A DNA stretch of 41,520 nucleotides, taken from assembly GCA_019313725.1 (NCBI GenBank), contig JAFDAT010000001.1, positions 1 to 41,520 of the forward strand, given 5' to 3'. The DNA comes from Deltaproteobacteria bacterium (GTDB lineage Bacteria; Desulfobacterota; Desulfobacteria; Desulfobacterales; B30-G6). The notes under the pieces were generated by a model. The model made no database searches and was not told where the DNA came from. It worked only from the letters and a program-made list of their open reading frames with translations. A program made the translations under genes and the position numbers. Shown here piece by piece: positions 8,034 to 16,542 of the stretch. Each line of letters opens with the position of its first letter. The first letter of the stretch is position 1.

Positions 8034-10052
8034 ATGCAGTCAAAGTCATCCATGGTCATTTTTCAACCATCGGGGCGGCGCGGCCGGGTTCCCCTGGGAA
8101 CTTCCATCGTGGAAACATCCCGTCTTCTGGGTGTGGACATCGAAGCACCCTGTGGTGAAAAACAGGTTTGCGGCAAGTGCAAGATTCGCATCGAACAGGG
8201 AAATTTTAAAAAATTCGGTATCACTTCCGAGCCCGGGCATGCCGGCCCCTGGCAGTCCGCAGAAGAAAAACACATCTCCCCCGAAGAAAAGGAACAGGGA
8301 TATCGTCTGGGATGTGTGGCCACCGTCCAGGGCGACCTGCTCATCTACGTCCCCGAAGCTTCGCGCGCCGGCAAGCAGGTCGTCAGCAAAGCAGCCCGAC
8401 CCATAAACATCACCATCGATCCCGCAGTGAAGCAGTACTACGTTGAACTGGAACCGCCCACACTCCAAGATCCGACCGGTAATTTCGAACGGCTCTGTGC
8501 TGCCCTGGAACACCAGCACCACCTCGAATCTTTGAGCATCGACATCACCGTACTGCGCGGGCTCCAAGCCACTTTAGAAGCCGGTGAATGGAAGGTCAGC
8601 GTTGCGGTCTGGCTGGACAGGGAAATCATCCATGTCCAGCCCGGATCAGGGACGGGAATATTCGGACTCGCCATCGACGTGGGCACCACCACCGTGGCCG
8701 CCTATCTGTGCGACCTGGTTTCCGGAGAGGTAGTCGACACCTTGTCCATGATGAACCCCCAGGTCAAGTATGGTGAAGACGTGGTCTCGCGAATCTCCTT
8801 CCACATGGAAAACCCGGATGGACTGAAACGCATGAGCACAGACCTCGTGGACGGTCTGAACAACCTGGTCATGCAAGCCTCAAAACGCGACTATACCCAT
8901 TCTGCCACATCTGGAAACAGCCCATCCGCAGAGGATGAAACGTTTCGTATCCAACCTGCCGACATTCTGGATGTCAGCATTGCCGGCAATACGGCCATGC
9001 ACCACATCCTGCTGCAGCTGGATCCCGAACCGCTGGGGGTGATTCCGTTCACACCGGATGTTCATCACAGTCTGGACATCACAGCCCGGGAACTCGGTCT
9101 GAAAATCAATCCCGCGGCCCGCGTATTCATGCTACCCATTGAAGCCGGCTTTGTGGGCGGCGACAACGTCGGCGTCATCCTGGCCGAAGAACCGCATCGG
9201 CAGGATCGTATACAACTGATCATCGACATCGGCACCAATGGTGAACTCGTACTGGGCAACAAGAACCGCCTGGTATGTTCATCCTGCGCCACGGGCCCGG
9301 CCCTGGAAGGTGCCCAGATCGAATTCGGCATGCGCGCAGCCCCCGGCGCCATCGAAAGGCTGACCATCGACCCCGAAACTAAAGCAGTCGACTACAAGGT
9401 CATCGGCAGGGATGTCTGGCAAAGCTTTTCCAAACCCGAGAAGATGCAGACCAAGGGCATCTGCGGGTCGGGCATTCTGGATGCGGTGGCCCAGCTCTTT
9501 CTGGCCGGTGTCGTTGAAAAAAGCGGTGCCTTCGCCAAGCAACAGGATTCAGACCGGTTTCGAATATGCCCTGAAACCGGTATAAAAGAATTTGTCCTGG
9601 CATGGGCCCAGGAAACCAGCATCGGCAAAGATATTGTCGTGACCCAGCAGGACATCCGCCATATCCAGCTGGCCAAAGCCTCCATCTATACGGGATGCAA
9701 ACTCATGATGCGCAGATTGGGGGTTGACCGGGTCGACAGCGTCAAGGTTGCGGGCGCTTTCGGTTCCCACATCGATTGCAAACTGGCGCTTGTGATCGGC
9801 ATGTTTCCCGATTGTGCCATCGACAAGATCGTCTCCGTGGGCAATGCCGCCGGGGACGGTTGCCGGATCGCCCTCCTAAACAGGGACAAGCGCCGGGAGG
9901 CGGATTGGGTGGCCCGGCACGTGGAGTACATGGAGTTGACCCTGGAAGAGAACTTCCAGTGGCAGCTCATGGAGGCGATCCAGTTCCCCCACATGACCGA
10001 CACGTTCGAACATCTGTCGGGTGTGGTGCCCGAACACATACTTAACCAATAA
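8034..10052 (+). CDS. RACo-type reductive activator of corrinoid proteins ([2Fe-2S] ferredoxin + ASKHA/DUF4445 ATPase)
   Basis: 672-aa ORF. N-terminal plant-type [2Fe-2S] motif CGEKQVCGKCKI. ASKHA phosphate-binding blocks (LAIDVGTTT, IIDIGTNGE, GICGSGI). Confidence 0.75.
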   Translation: MQSKSSMVIFQPSGRRGRVPLGTSIVETSRLLGVDIEAPCGEKQVCGKCKIRIEQGNFKKFGITSEPGHAGPWQSAEEKHISPEEKEQGYRLGCVATVQGDLLIYVPEASRAGKQVVSKAARPINITIDPAVKQYYVELEPPTLQDPTGNFERLCAALEHQHHLESLSIDITVLRGLQATLEAGEWKVSVAVWLDREIIHVQPGSGTGIFGLAIDVGTTTVAAYLCDLVSGEVVDTLSMMNPQVKYGEDVVSRISFHMENPDGLKRMSTDLVDGLNNLVMQASKRDYTHSATSGNSPSAEDETFRIQPADILDVSIAGNTAMHHILLQLDPEPLGVIPFTPDVHHSLDITARELGLKINPAARVFMLPIEAGFVGGDNVGVILAEEPHRQDRIQLIIDIGTNGELVLGNKNRLVCSSCATGPALEGAQIEFGMRAAPGAIERLTIDPETKAVDYKVIGRDVWQSFSKPEKMQTKGICGSGILDAVAQLFLAGVVEKSGAFAKQQDSDRFRICPETGIKEFVLAWAQETSIGKDIVVTQQDIRHIQLAKASIYTGCKLMMRRLGVDRVDSVKVAGAFGSHIDCKLALVIGMFPDCAIDKIVSVGNAAGDGCRIALLNRDKRREADWVARHVEYMELTLEENFQWQLMEAIQFPHMTDTFEHLSGVVPEHILNQ

Positions 10053-10100
10053 AAGGCGATGTAATTCTATGATTACAACGGGTTAACAGTGAATCACGCC

Positions 10101-10598
10101 TTATTCCACTTTGGTAAATGCTCTTGATTTTGCATTGCAGATAGGACAGGATTCAGGGGCTTCATTTTCCACCGTATTGCCGCACACAGAACATACGTAG
10201 TAACAATCAACATCCCGAGACCTATCAATATTATCCAATGCTTTCTGATATAATTCTGCATGGATTTTTTCAACTTAGTTAGCAAAACGAAAGCTGCGTT
10301 CAGCCACTTTATCTTCGTCTGCAATCGCCGTTTCTATCATTTTGGGATACATATTTTCAAATTCATATGTTTCACCGGTAATGGCTGCCTTCAAGTTATT
10401 CACAGTGTCCCCGACACCATTACAAGCCTTTAAGTGTGCATGGGCATGTACGGTCTCGGCTTCTGCAGCGGCTCTAAATAACATGGCAATCTTTACAAAT
10501 CCTTCGCTATCCGCTTTTTTGGCAAACGCCAGATATTTTCTATTGGCTTGAGACTCTCCAGCAAAGGCATCCATCAAATTTTCTTTAGTATCGCTCAT
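10101..10598 (-). pseudogene. Rubrerythrin (diiron domain + C-terminal rubredoxin-like CxxC..CxxC) interrupted by one in-frame TAA
   Basis: The ORF 10275..10598 (MSDTKENLMDAFAGESQANRKY...AEAETVHAH...RSFRFAN) stops at TAA 10275-10277. The same frame continues as VEKIHAELYQKALDNIDRSRDVDCYYVCSVCGNTVENEAPESCPICNAKSRAFTKVE to TAA 10101-10103. That extension supplies the second ExxH motif and the rubredoxin-like domain. SD GGAAGGT precedes the ATG at 10598. Confidence 0.7.
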
Positions 10599-10611
10599 AT
10601 TTACCTTCCAT

Positions 10612-11058
10612 TCATGAGGCCAGTTTTTCGCAAAGCCCTTTTGCATATTGATGACACGCTTGCATACCCGCATCTGTTTCCATTAATGCTTCGGTCAGGT
10701 TCAACGGCCCCAGATCGACAACATCCATTTTATATACATGCTGCATGGTTTCGAAAACCATGGGAGCCGCCTCACCACTATGGGTATGGGATCCGAACGC
10801 ACCGCCAATCTTCCCTAAAAGGTTCGCTTGTTCAGCTACAAAAAGGAATTGTTTCATACCCCCGGTCATATCTTTATGATATGTGGGACACCCAAAAAGA
10901 TAACCATCGAATCCTGACAGCTGCTCCGCCTTTTTCAACGTAGCTATCTTTTCAACGTGGGCTTCATTTCCTGCCATTCTAACGCCTTCAGCTAAATAGT
11001 TTGCCATTTTTTCAGTGGTACCCGCTCTGCTAATGAATGCAATCAATACTTTTTTCAT
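10612..11058 (-). CDS. Flavodoxin-family protein
   Basis: 148-aa ORF with an N-terminal FMN-phosphate loop (MKKVLIAFISRAGTTEKMA) and a flavodoxin-like alternating pattern. Lies 13 nt upstream of the rubrerythrin start on the same strand. Confidence 0.7.
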   Translation of the reverse strand: MKKVLIAFISRAGTTEKMANYLAEGVRMAGNEAHVEKIATLKKAEQLSGFDGYLFGCPTYHKDMTGGMKQFLFVAEQANLLGKIGGAFGSHTHSGEAAPMVFETMQHVYKMDVVDLGPLNLTEALMETDAGMQACHQYAKGLCEKLAS

Positions 11059-11384
11059 ACGCTCCCCCTCATAAAATTTTTAGTTACAACGTTAATATGA
11101 TGCTGAACAACTTCTGGGTTCTCTTCCAACAGTGCGATCTGTACGGAAATCATCTTTTTCTCACTGTAATAGCAACAGGCATGCCAAAACCTATGACCAC
11201 TATAACTACTTAAAATTTTAGAATATATTATAATTTCGTATGTCTCATTAACCTTTAAGCGAGACAAATTCGTATCGTGTATGATCTTTGTGACACATAC
11301 CCAACAAGAGTGTTGAGTAAACGCCAACATTGGGGTTAACATGGGGTTGAGACAGGACTGAGCATATGTTATTATGCCTGCATT

Positions 11385-12110
11385 ATGAAAGAGATACTGG
11401 TGCTTGGAGATGTTCACGCGAATTATCCCGCCTTGAAAGCTATCGGCGACTACCTTCAGATGGACCGGTTCAACCGGATAATCAACACCGGTGACCTCAC
11501 CGTTTACAGCACCTTTCCCAACGAAAGCATCCAATGGTTTAGGAACCTCGGCGACAAAGCGATCTGTATATTGGGCAATACCGATAAACGAATTTTAAAA
11601 ATCCTGAAAGGCAAAAAATTAAAAAAACCGAAAAAAAAGGACAAGCAGGTCATGTATTTCTGGACATCTGAAAACTTGTCCCAGGAAAACATCGCCTACT
11701 TAAAATCACTATCCAAAAAGAGTGATTTTAACATTGATGGGTTACGCATCGGTCTATTCCACGGCAGCTTAGACGATCCAAACGCCCAGTTGTTCCCCTC
11801 CACCCCGGACAGTCGATTCATCAAGCTGGCAAAAAATTCCCCCTATGGTGTACATATCATGGGACATTCGCATGTTCCTTTTTATAAAGTCATCGTGGGG
11901 GTACATTTCATCAACCCGGGCAGTGTGGGAAGAATGTTTGACGGGGATCCGCGGGCATCCTTTGCCATTCTTAAAGTGAGTTCAAGAAAAATCGGCGTGG
12001 AACATTTTCGCATACCCTACCCGGTAACAGATGTAATCAAGGGGTTGAAAAAATATAAATTACCTGATATCTATTGCAGAATGTTTCAAGCCGGAAAAAA
12101 GCTAAACTAG
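11385..12110 (+). CDS. Metallophosphoesterase (calcineurin-like / YfcE-MJ0936-type) with a Lys-rich insertion
   Basis: 241-aa ORF with MPE motifs (LGDVHAN, NTGDL, GNTD, GHSH). Insertion ILKGKKLKKPKKKDKQ at ~11592-11650. TAG stop. Confidence 0.75.
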   Translation: MKEILVLGDVHANYPALKAIGDYLQMDRFNRIINTGDLTVYSTFPNESIQWFRNLGDKAICILGNTDKRILKILKGKKLKKPKKKDKQVMYFWTSENLSQENIAYLKSLSKKSDFNIDGLRIGLFHGSLDDPNAQLFPSTPDSRFIKLAKNSPYGVHIMGHSHVPFYKVIVGVHFINPGSVGRMFDGDPRASFAILKVSSRKIGVEHFRIPYPVTDVIKGLKKYKLPDIYCRMFQAGKKLN

Positions 12111-12202
12111 CGTTCCCAACCTACATTCTCTATTACTGCTCCAGCTTTTGATAACAAGTCGTTCATAACGCGTAACGCTGCGCATACATGGCGGGCTACT
12201 AT

Positions 12203-12243
12203 ACCCTAAGGTTGCTTAAACAACATGGCAACGTATAGATAAT
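12203..12243. repeat. Solo copy of a dispersed ~40-bp element (core TAAACAACATGGCAA at 12217-12231)
   Basis: accctaaggttgcttaaacaacatggcaacgtatagataat matches 24914-24954 (accctatggttgcataaacaacatggcaaataatagataat). Lies upstream of ppk2. Confidence 0.7.
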
Positions 12244-12325
12244 TCACGGATTTTATCTCGGATCCCGCCAGGGTAATTTCAAAAGAATCGGGATTTTCAT
12301 ATCATCTTAAAGAAACGGGGGGAAA

Positions 12326-13327
12326 ATGAGTAAAAAGAATACACACAAAGCAAAATCCAAAGAGGCAAACAACAAGGCAAAAAAAAAGGCGCCCCTAAAG
12401 AACAATGTCATCAAGCTGGAAAAGACGTCCAAAAAAAAGGCCAAAAAAAAAGATAAAAAGATAAAAATGAAATTATCAGAGCACACGGCCTATAAAAATA
12501 AAGAGAAAGAAAAAGCAAAGAAACGAAAGGCTGTTTGGGTAAAAGAATTTACCCTGTATTACGAGGAGGAACTCCACAAACTCCAGATCGAACTATTAAA
12601 ATTGCAGCGGCAGGTAAGGCGCAAAGGGCTGCGGTTTTTAATGCTGTTTGAAGGACGCGATGCCGCCGGTAAAGGCGGCACGATCAAAAGAATTACAGAA
12701 CATCTGAATCCTCGCGGTACACGCGTCGTGGCGCTGCTTACACCAAGCGACACGGAGAAGACGCAATGGTATTTTCAGAGATACATGCAGCATCTTCCCT
12801 CGGCCGGTGAGATTGTACTGTTCGATCGCAGCTGGTACAACCGGGCCATGGTTGAACCGGTTATGGATTTCTGCACCGATGAACAAAACAAACGTTTTTT
12901 AAAAGATGTCCCTATGTTGGAAGAGATGTTGGTGAAGGATGGCATCAAACTGTTCAAATTCTTTTTTTCAGTTTCAAAGGATGAACAACTTCGCAGATTT
13001 GACTCCAGAGAAACAGACCCCCTGAAGCAGTATAAGATTTCCCCCGTTGATAAAATGGCCCAGGAAATGTGGGACGATTATACCGTCAGAAAGTTCCAGA
13101 TGTTGAATGAAACCAACCGAACCCTCTCCCCCTGGACCATCATTCGGTCCGACAATAAAAAATTGGCCCGTTTGAACTGCATCAAACATTTGTTGTCCCA
13201 AATCGATTATAAAGATAAAATTCCGCTGGAAGAACTCCAGACCGATCCAAATGTTCTTATTTCAGGTATCGATGAAATTAGATTCATGGAAGATAATCTG
13301 TTGACACAAATCGAACTGCCTGGGTAA
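12326..13327 (+). CDS. ppk2: Polyphosphate kinase 2 (single-domain PPK2) with a ~70-aa Lys-rich N-terminal extension
   Basis: 333-aa ORF with the PPK2 Walker A FEGRDAAGKGGTIKR and the FDRSWYNR block. Residues 1-~70 are poly-basic (KAKSKEANNKAKKKAP...KKKAKKKDKKIKMK...KEKEKAKKRK). Confidence 0.85.
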   Translation: MSKKNTHKAKSKEANNKAKKKAPLKNNVIKLEKTSKKKAKKKDKKIKMKLSEHTAYKNKEKEKAKKRKAVWVKEFTLYYEEELHKLQIELLKLQRQVRRKGLRFLMLFEGRDAAGKGGTIKRITEHLNPRGTRVVALLTPSDTEKTQWYFQRYMQHLPSAGEIVLFDRSWYNRAMVEPVMDFCTDEQNKRFLKDVPMLEEMLVKDGIKLFKFFFSVSKDEQLRRFDSRETDPLKQYKISPVDKMAQEMWDDYTVRKFQMLNETNRTLSPWTIIRSDNKKLARLNCIKHLLSQIDYKDKIPLEELQTDPNVLISGIDEIRFMEDNLLTQIELPG

Positions 13328-13393
13328 CCGATAATGTTCAGAAGCGTTGGCAAGTTTACAATATCTCTCAACCTATATACAAAGGAGGAGAAG

Positions 13394-13687
13394 ATGCCAG
13401 TTCAAGTAATCATCAAAAGAAAATTGATCATTGATAAGCCGAAAGAGATTTTTCCGCTTTTTTCAAAATTGCGTTCACGAGCGAAGGAACAGCCGGGTTA
13501 CATCGACAGCACAACGTTGAGAAGTGTTGATAATCCAGAAGCGTACATGGTCATCAGCACATGGGAAACGGCGGATGACTGGAAATCATGGTTCCAAAGC
13601 AAAGAACGGAGAGAAATTCAAGGTCGCGTGGATTCACTGATTGGAGAAAGGACCTTTTACACCATCTATGAAACCGTGAACCATTGA
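13394..13687 (+). CDS. ABM (antibiotic biosynthesis monooxygenase-like, ferredoxin-fold) domain protein
   Basis: The ORF-track entry starts at 13334. The ATG at 13394 has the strong SD AGGAGGAG just upstream. The ~97-aa product has the ABM-like pattern (GYIDSTTLRS...YMVISTWETADDWKSW). Confidence 0.55.
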   Translation: MPVQVIIKRKLIIDKPKEIFPLFSKLRSRAKEQPGYIDSTTLRSVDNPEAYMVISTWETADDWKSWFQSKERREIQGRVDSLIGERTFYTIYETVNH

Positions 13688-13728
13688 TACATTGGCGTAA
13701 AGATTATCAAGAAAGGTGTTAAATACCT

Positions 13729-14103
13729 ATGCACGTTAAACAACTATTAGAATCCAAGGGAAGTGAGGTATATACGATCTCTCCCGATGAAACGGTTTAC
13801 CAAGCCTTGCAGGTAATGGCTAAAAAAGAGATCGGTGTCCTGGTTGTCGTTGAAAACGCCAAAATGGTAGGGATTCTTTCCGAGCGGGACTATGCCCGCA
13901 AAGTGATCCTCAAAGGGAAGCACTCCCAAAAAACCCTGGTGAAAGAAATCATGACAACCCATGTGATTCACACAAACCCGGATCAAAAGGTGCAAACAAG
14001 TCTGGCATTGATGACCAAAAATCGTTTTCGCCATTTGCCGGTACTGAAAGATGATCAGTTGGTCGGCATCATTTCCATCGAAGACGTGCGACGCATGGTT
14101 TAA
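13729..14103 (+). CDS. CBS-domain pair protein
   Basis: 124-aa ORF with two CBS-like repeats (GVLVVVENAKMVGILSERD; HLPVLKDDQLVGIISIEDV). Confidence 0.75.
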   Translation: MHVKQLLESKGSEVYTISPDETVYQALQVMAKKEIGVLVVVENAKMVGILSERDYARKVILKGKHSQKTLVKEIMTTHVIHTNPDQKVQTSLALMTKNRFRHLPVLKDDQLVGIISIEDVRRMV

Positions 14104-14129
14104 TTTCCCCCATAGGGGTGATTATTGAC

Positions 14130-15926
14130 TCATGCGGCATCCAAAGCCTTTTTCTCTTCCAATTCAACGACTGTTTTAGCCATGTGTTTGCTGTGATCAT
14201 ATATCCTTTTCAGCTTTTCAATGATCTCCATCTCTATACTATAGGCCTCAAATTTACCTGAATCCTCGGAGACAAGCCTTTGGGTCTGATGCAAATTGGC
14301 CTGTTCGATAAGACGGTTCATATCGGCCTTCATAGAAACGACTCGCTTTGCATAAGCTTGGTCTTCTTCCACGACAGCTCTCAAAGCGGCTTTCAGCGCA
14401 TCGGCAACCACCACATGGAGTGTAAGTAAAACCTTCTGGGTGGCTTCACTTATCTTTACCCCTTTCTTGCGCCGTTGTTCTCCAATATTCACCATATTCA
14501 CTTCTATTACATCTCCGATACATTCCAGATCGTTGACAGTACCCATGAGTTTCAGCATTTTTTGGTTTTGGTAATCATTGAGTTTGAGCTTGCTGACGTT
14601 CCCCAGATAATTGACAATGTGTTTGTATAAAACATCGACCTCTTCATCCATATCCCGAACCGCCATCAAAGCTTCCTTATTACCCGTCATTACGGCCGGC
14701 ATCATGGCAACATGCATTAAGTCAACCCGCTTTCCCATCCGTTTGATTTCATACCGTGCCGCATCCAGCGCCAGACTGGGTGTATGAAACAACATTTCGT
14801 TCAGATATTTGGGCTGGAGCTCTTCGACTTCGGGAAGGGGTTTGTCTGGAACCAGGCGATACACGATCCTGGCAAAATAAGAAATAAACGGAAGAAAAAC
14901 AAGGGCACAGGTGACATTAAATATCGTGTGGGCATTGGCGACCTGCCTCGGCAATACAGAAGCGGCAGCCTGAAGGCCGGTAAGCCCTTCTCCTGCTGAT
15001 GGAGAAATGGCAACAACAAGCTTAACAAACGGGCCGATAAAGGGTAAAAACAGGAGTACGCCCGTAACGTTAAATAACACATGTACGACCGAAACCCGGA
15101 CCGCCTCACGGGGTTTGCCGATGGAGGCCAGAAATGCCGTCACACAAGTTCCGATATTTGCACCGAATGACAATGCGATGCCAGCCTGCAAGGAGATCAA
15201 TCCCTGCATGGCCAATACAAGGATGACCCCTGTAGTAGCAGAACTGGATTGAATCAAGGCGGTAAAAAGAGCTGCCACAAGGATGCCCAAAATCGGGTTG
15301 GACATCTGGGTCATCAGGTCAAGAAAAGGCTGGTAGCTCCTCAAAGGGCGCATAGCATCACTCATCACGCCCATGCCAAAAAAGATCATTCCCAGGCCCA
15401 TGATCATATATCCGTATTGTTGTATCTTTTCCTTTTTGGATATAAACAGAAGTCCGAAACCCACCGCCACCAGCAACAATGCATACTTGGTAACTTTAAA
15501 CGCTACAATTTGAGCCGTGATGGTGGTACCGATGTTTGATCCCATAACAATACCAATGGTTTGTGAAAGCGACATCAAACCTGCACTTACAAAACCGACC
15601 AGCATAACGGTGGTTACCGAACTGGACTGAATCACCGCCGTTACGATGGCGCCGGTGATCAATCCCATGATGCGGTTGCTCGACAACATGCCCAGAATGT
15701 CTTTCATTTTTTCACCGGCCACATTCTTCAAAGCATCGCTCATTCTTTCCATCCCGTAGAGGAACAAAGACAGGCCGCCCAACAATCCGATTCCTAAGAA
15801 AAACCAACTGGGGTTACCATTTTCCGCTGCACTTCCTGCTTGGACAACCATAGGTGAGAATAAAAAATATATGCACAATCCGATTAAACCCAGTTCCAGC
15901 ATGCGGCGAGAATATATTGGTTTCAT
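14130..15926 (-). CDS. Na+/phosphate cotransporter family protein (NptA-type repeats + C-terminal PhoU-like domain)
   Basis: Large polytopic ORF with duplicated QSSSxTT motifs (VIQSSSVTTVM, LIQSSSATTGV) and a helical PhoU-like C-terminus. The start is placed at ATG 15926, with SD AGGAGG 7 nt upstream. The ORF track extends to 15959. Confidence 0.8.
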   Translation of the reverse strand: MKPIYSRRMLELGLIGLCIYFLFSPMVVQAGSAAENGNPSWFFLGIGLLGGLSLFLYGMERMSDALKNVAGEKMKDILGMLSSNRIMGLITGAIVTAVIQSSSVTTVMLVGFVSAGLMSLSQTIGIVMGSNIGTTITAQIVAFKVTKYALLLVAVGFGLLFISKKEKIQQYGYMIMGLGMIFFGMGVMSDAMRPLRSYQPFLDLMTQMSNPILGILVAALFTALIQSSSATTGVILVLAMQGLISLQAGIALSFGANIGTCVTAFLASIGKPREAVRVSVVHVLFNVTGVLLFLPFIGPFVKLVVAISPSAGEGLTGLQAAASVLPRQVANAHTIFNVTCALVFLPFISYFARIVYRLVPDKPLPEVEELQPKYLNEMLFHTPSLALDAARYEIKRMGKRVDLMHVAMMPAVMTGNKEALMAVRDMDEEVDVLYKHIVNYLGNVSKLKLNDYQNQKMLKLMGTVNDLECIGDVIEVNMVNIGEQRRKKGVKISEATQKVLLTLHVVVADALKAALRAVVEEDQAYAKRVVSMKADMNRLIEQANLHQTQRLVSEDSGKFEAYSIEMEIIEKLKRIYDHSKHMAKTVVELEEKKALDAA

Positions 15927-15986
15927 ATAGTACCTCCTGAACAAACCCCATAGTTGCAACGATAGGGTAATATCGTATGGCCTGCT

Positions 15987-16466
15987 TTACGTTTTCTTGG
16001 ATGGTTTGATGACGATTACAGGAATGGGAGATAATCGCACCAGTCGTTCCGCTTTTGAGCCTATCAATACATGCGACAATCCGGTCCGTCCATGACTTCC
16101 AACGATAATCATGCTGACCTGTTTTTTTTCCCCAATTTCTATGATTCTCGTCACCGGTGTCCCTGAAACCAAAAGGGGTACGGCTTGCTGTATTGGCGTC
16201 TGGTCGGGGCAGGTTTTTTTCATCTTTTGTAGAAACTCCTCCATCATCTCATGGGCAGCCTCTTCCATACTCCGAAGGAACATTTCCTTTTGCATTTTCT
16301 GATTGTAAAAACCCGGCGCTTCAGCAGGATCATGGATAACATGTAGCACTAAAATCTGGGCCTGAAGTTTATTGGCCAGCTTACCGGCAAAGATCAGCGC
16401 TTCTTCCGAAAACAATGTAAAATCGACCGCAACCAATAAAGTTTCTTTTTCCTTTTTTGGGGCCAT
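15987..16466 (-). CDS. Universal stress protein (UspA family)
   Basis: The USP fold signature lies in the C-terminal 159 aa (TLLVAVDFT..., MIIVGSHGRTGLSHVLIGSKAERLV). ATG 16466 is preceded by GGAGGA (16473-16478). The Arg-rich upstream part of ORF 15987..16940 is an alternate frame of the neighbouring repeat. Confidence 0.8.
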   Translation of the reverse strand: MAPKKEKETLLVAVDFTLFSEEALIFAGKLANKLQAQILVLHVIHDPAEAPGFYNQKMQKEMFLRSMEEAAHEMMEEFLQKMKKTCPDQTPIQQAVPLLVSGTPVTRIIEIGEKKQVSMIIVGSHGRTGLSHVLIGSKAERLVRLSPIPVIVIKPSKKT

Positions 16467-16542
16467 ATGCATTCCTCCTAAAAAACAAGGCAATCCAACT
16501 TTATAGACTGGATTGCCTTGACCGTCTTTGCAACATTGGGGG

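Noticed and set aside
10094-10324. 76-aa minus-strand ORF from the track (MQTKIKWLNAAFVLL...).
   Set aside because: It is out of frame relative to the rubrerythrin continuation. The in-frame reading of the same DNA gives a textbook ExxH + rubredoxin-like tail.
11055-11534. 159-aa minus-strand ORF upstream of the flavodoxin gene.
   Set aside because: As called, it overlaps the start of the metallophosphoesterase gene by 150 nt and has no recognisable motifs. A shorter ~95-aa product from Met65 (start 11342; contains CWVC and HACC) cannot be excluded, but I cannot support it.
12108-12210. Read-through of other TAG stops as pyrrolysine: the metallophosphoesterase, the K-rich protein, the PrpD-like protein, LivH-like and the LUD protein.
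   Set aside because: For the three I translated (metallophosphoesterase, K-rich and PrpD-like), the extensions are short and look non-coding, for example RSQPTFSITAPAFDNKSF... after 12110 and IGGKIHETQIESW after 26587. I did not translate the LivH-like (32247) or LUD (41147) extensions. Only the mttB TAG is followed by conserved family sequence.
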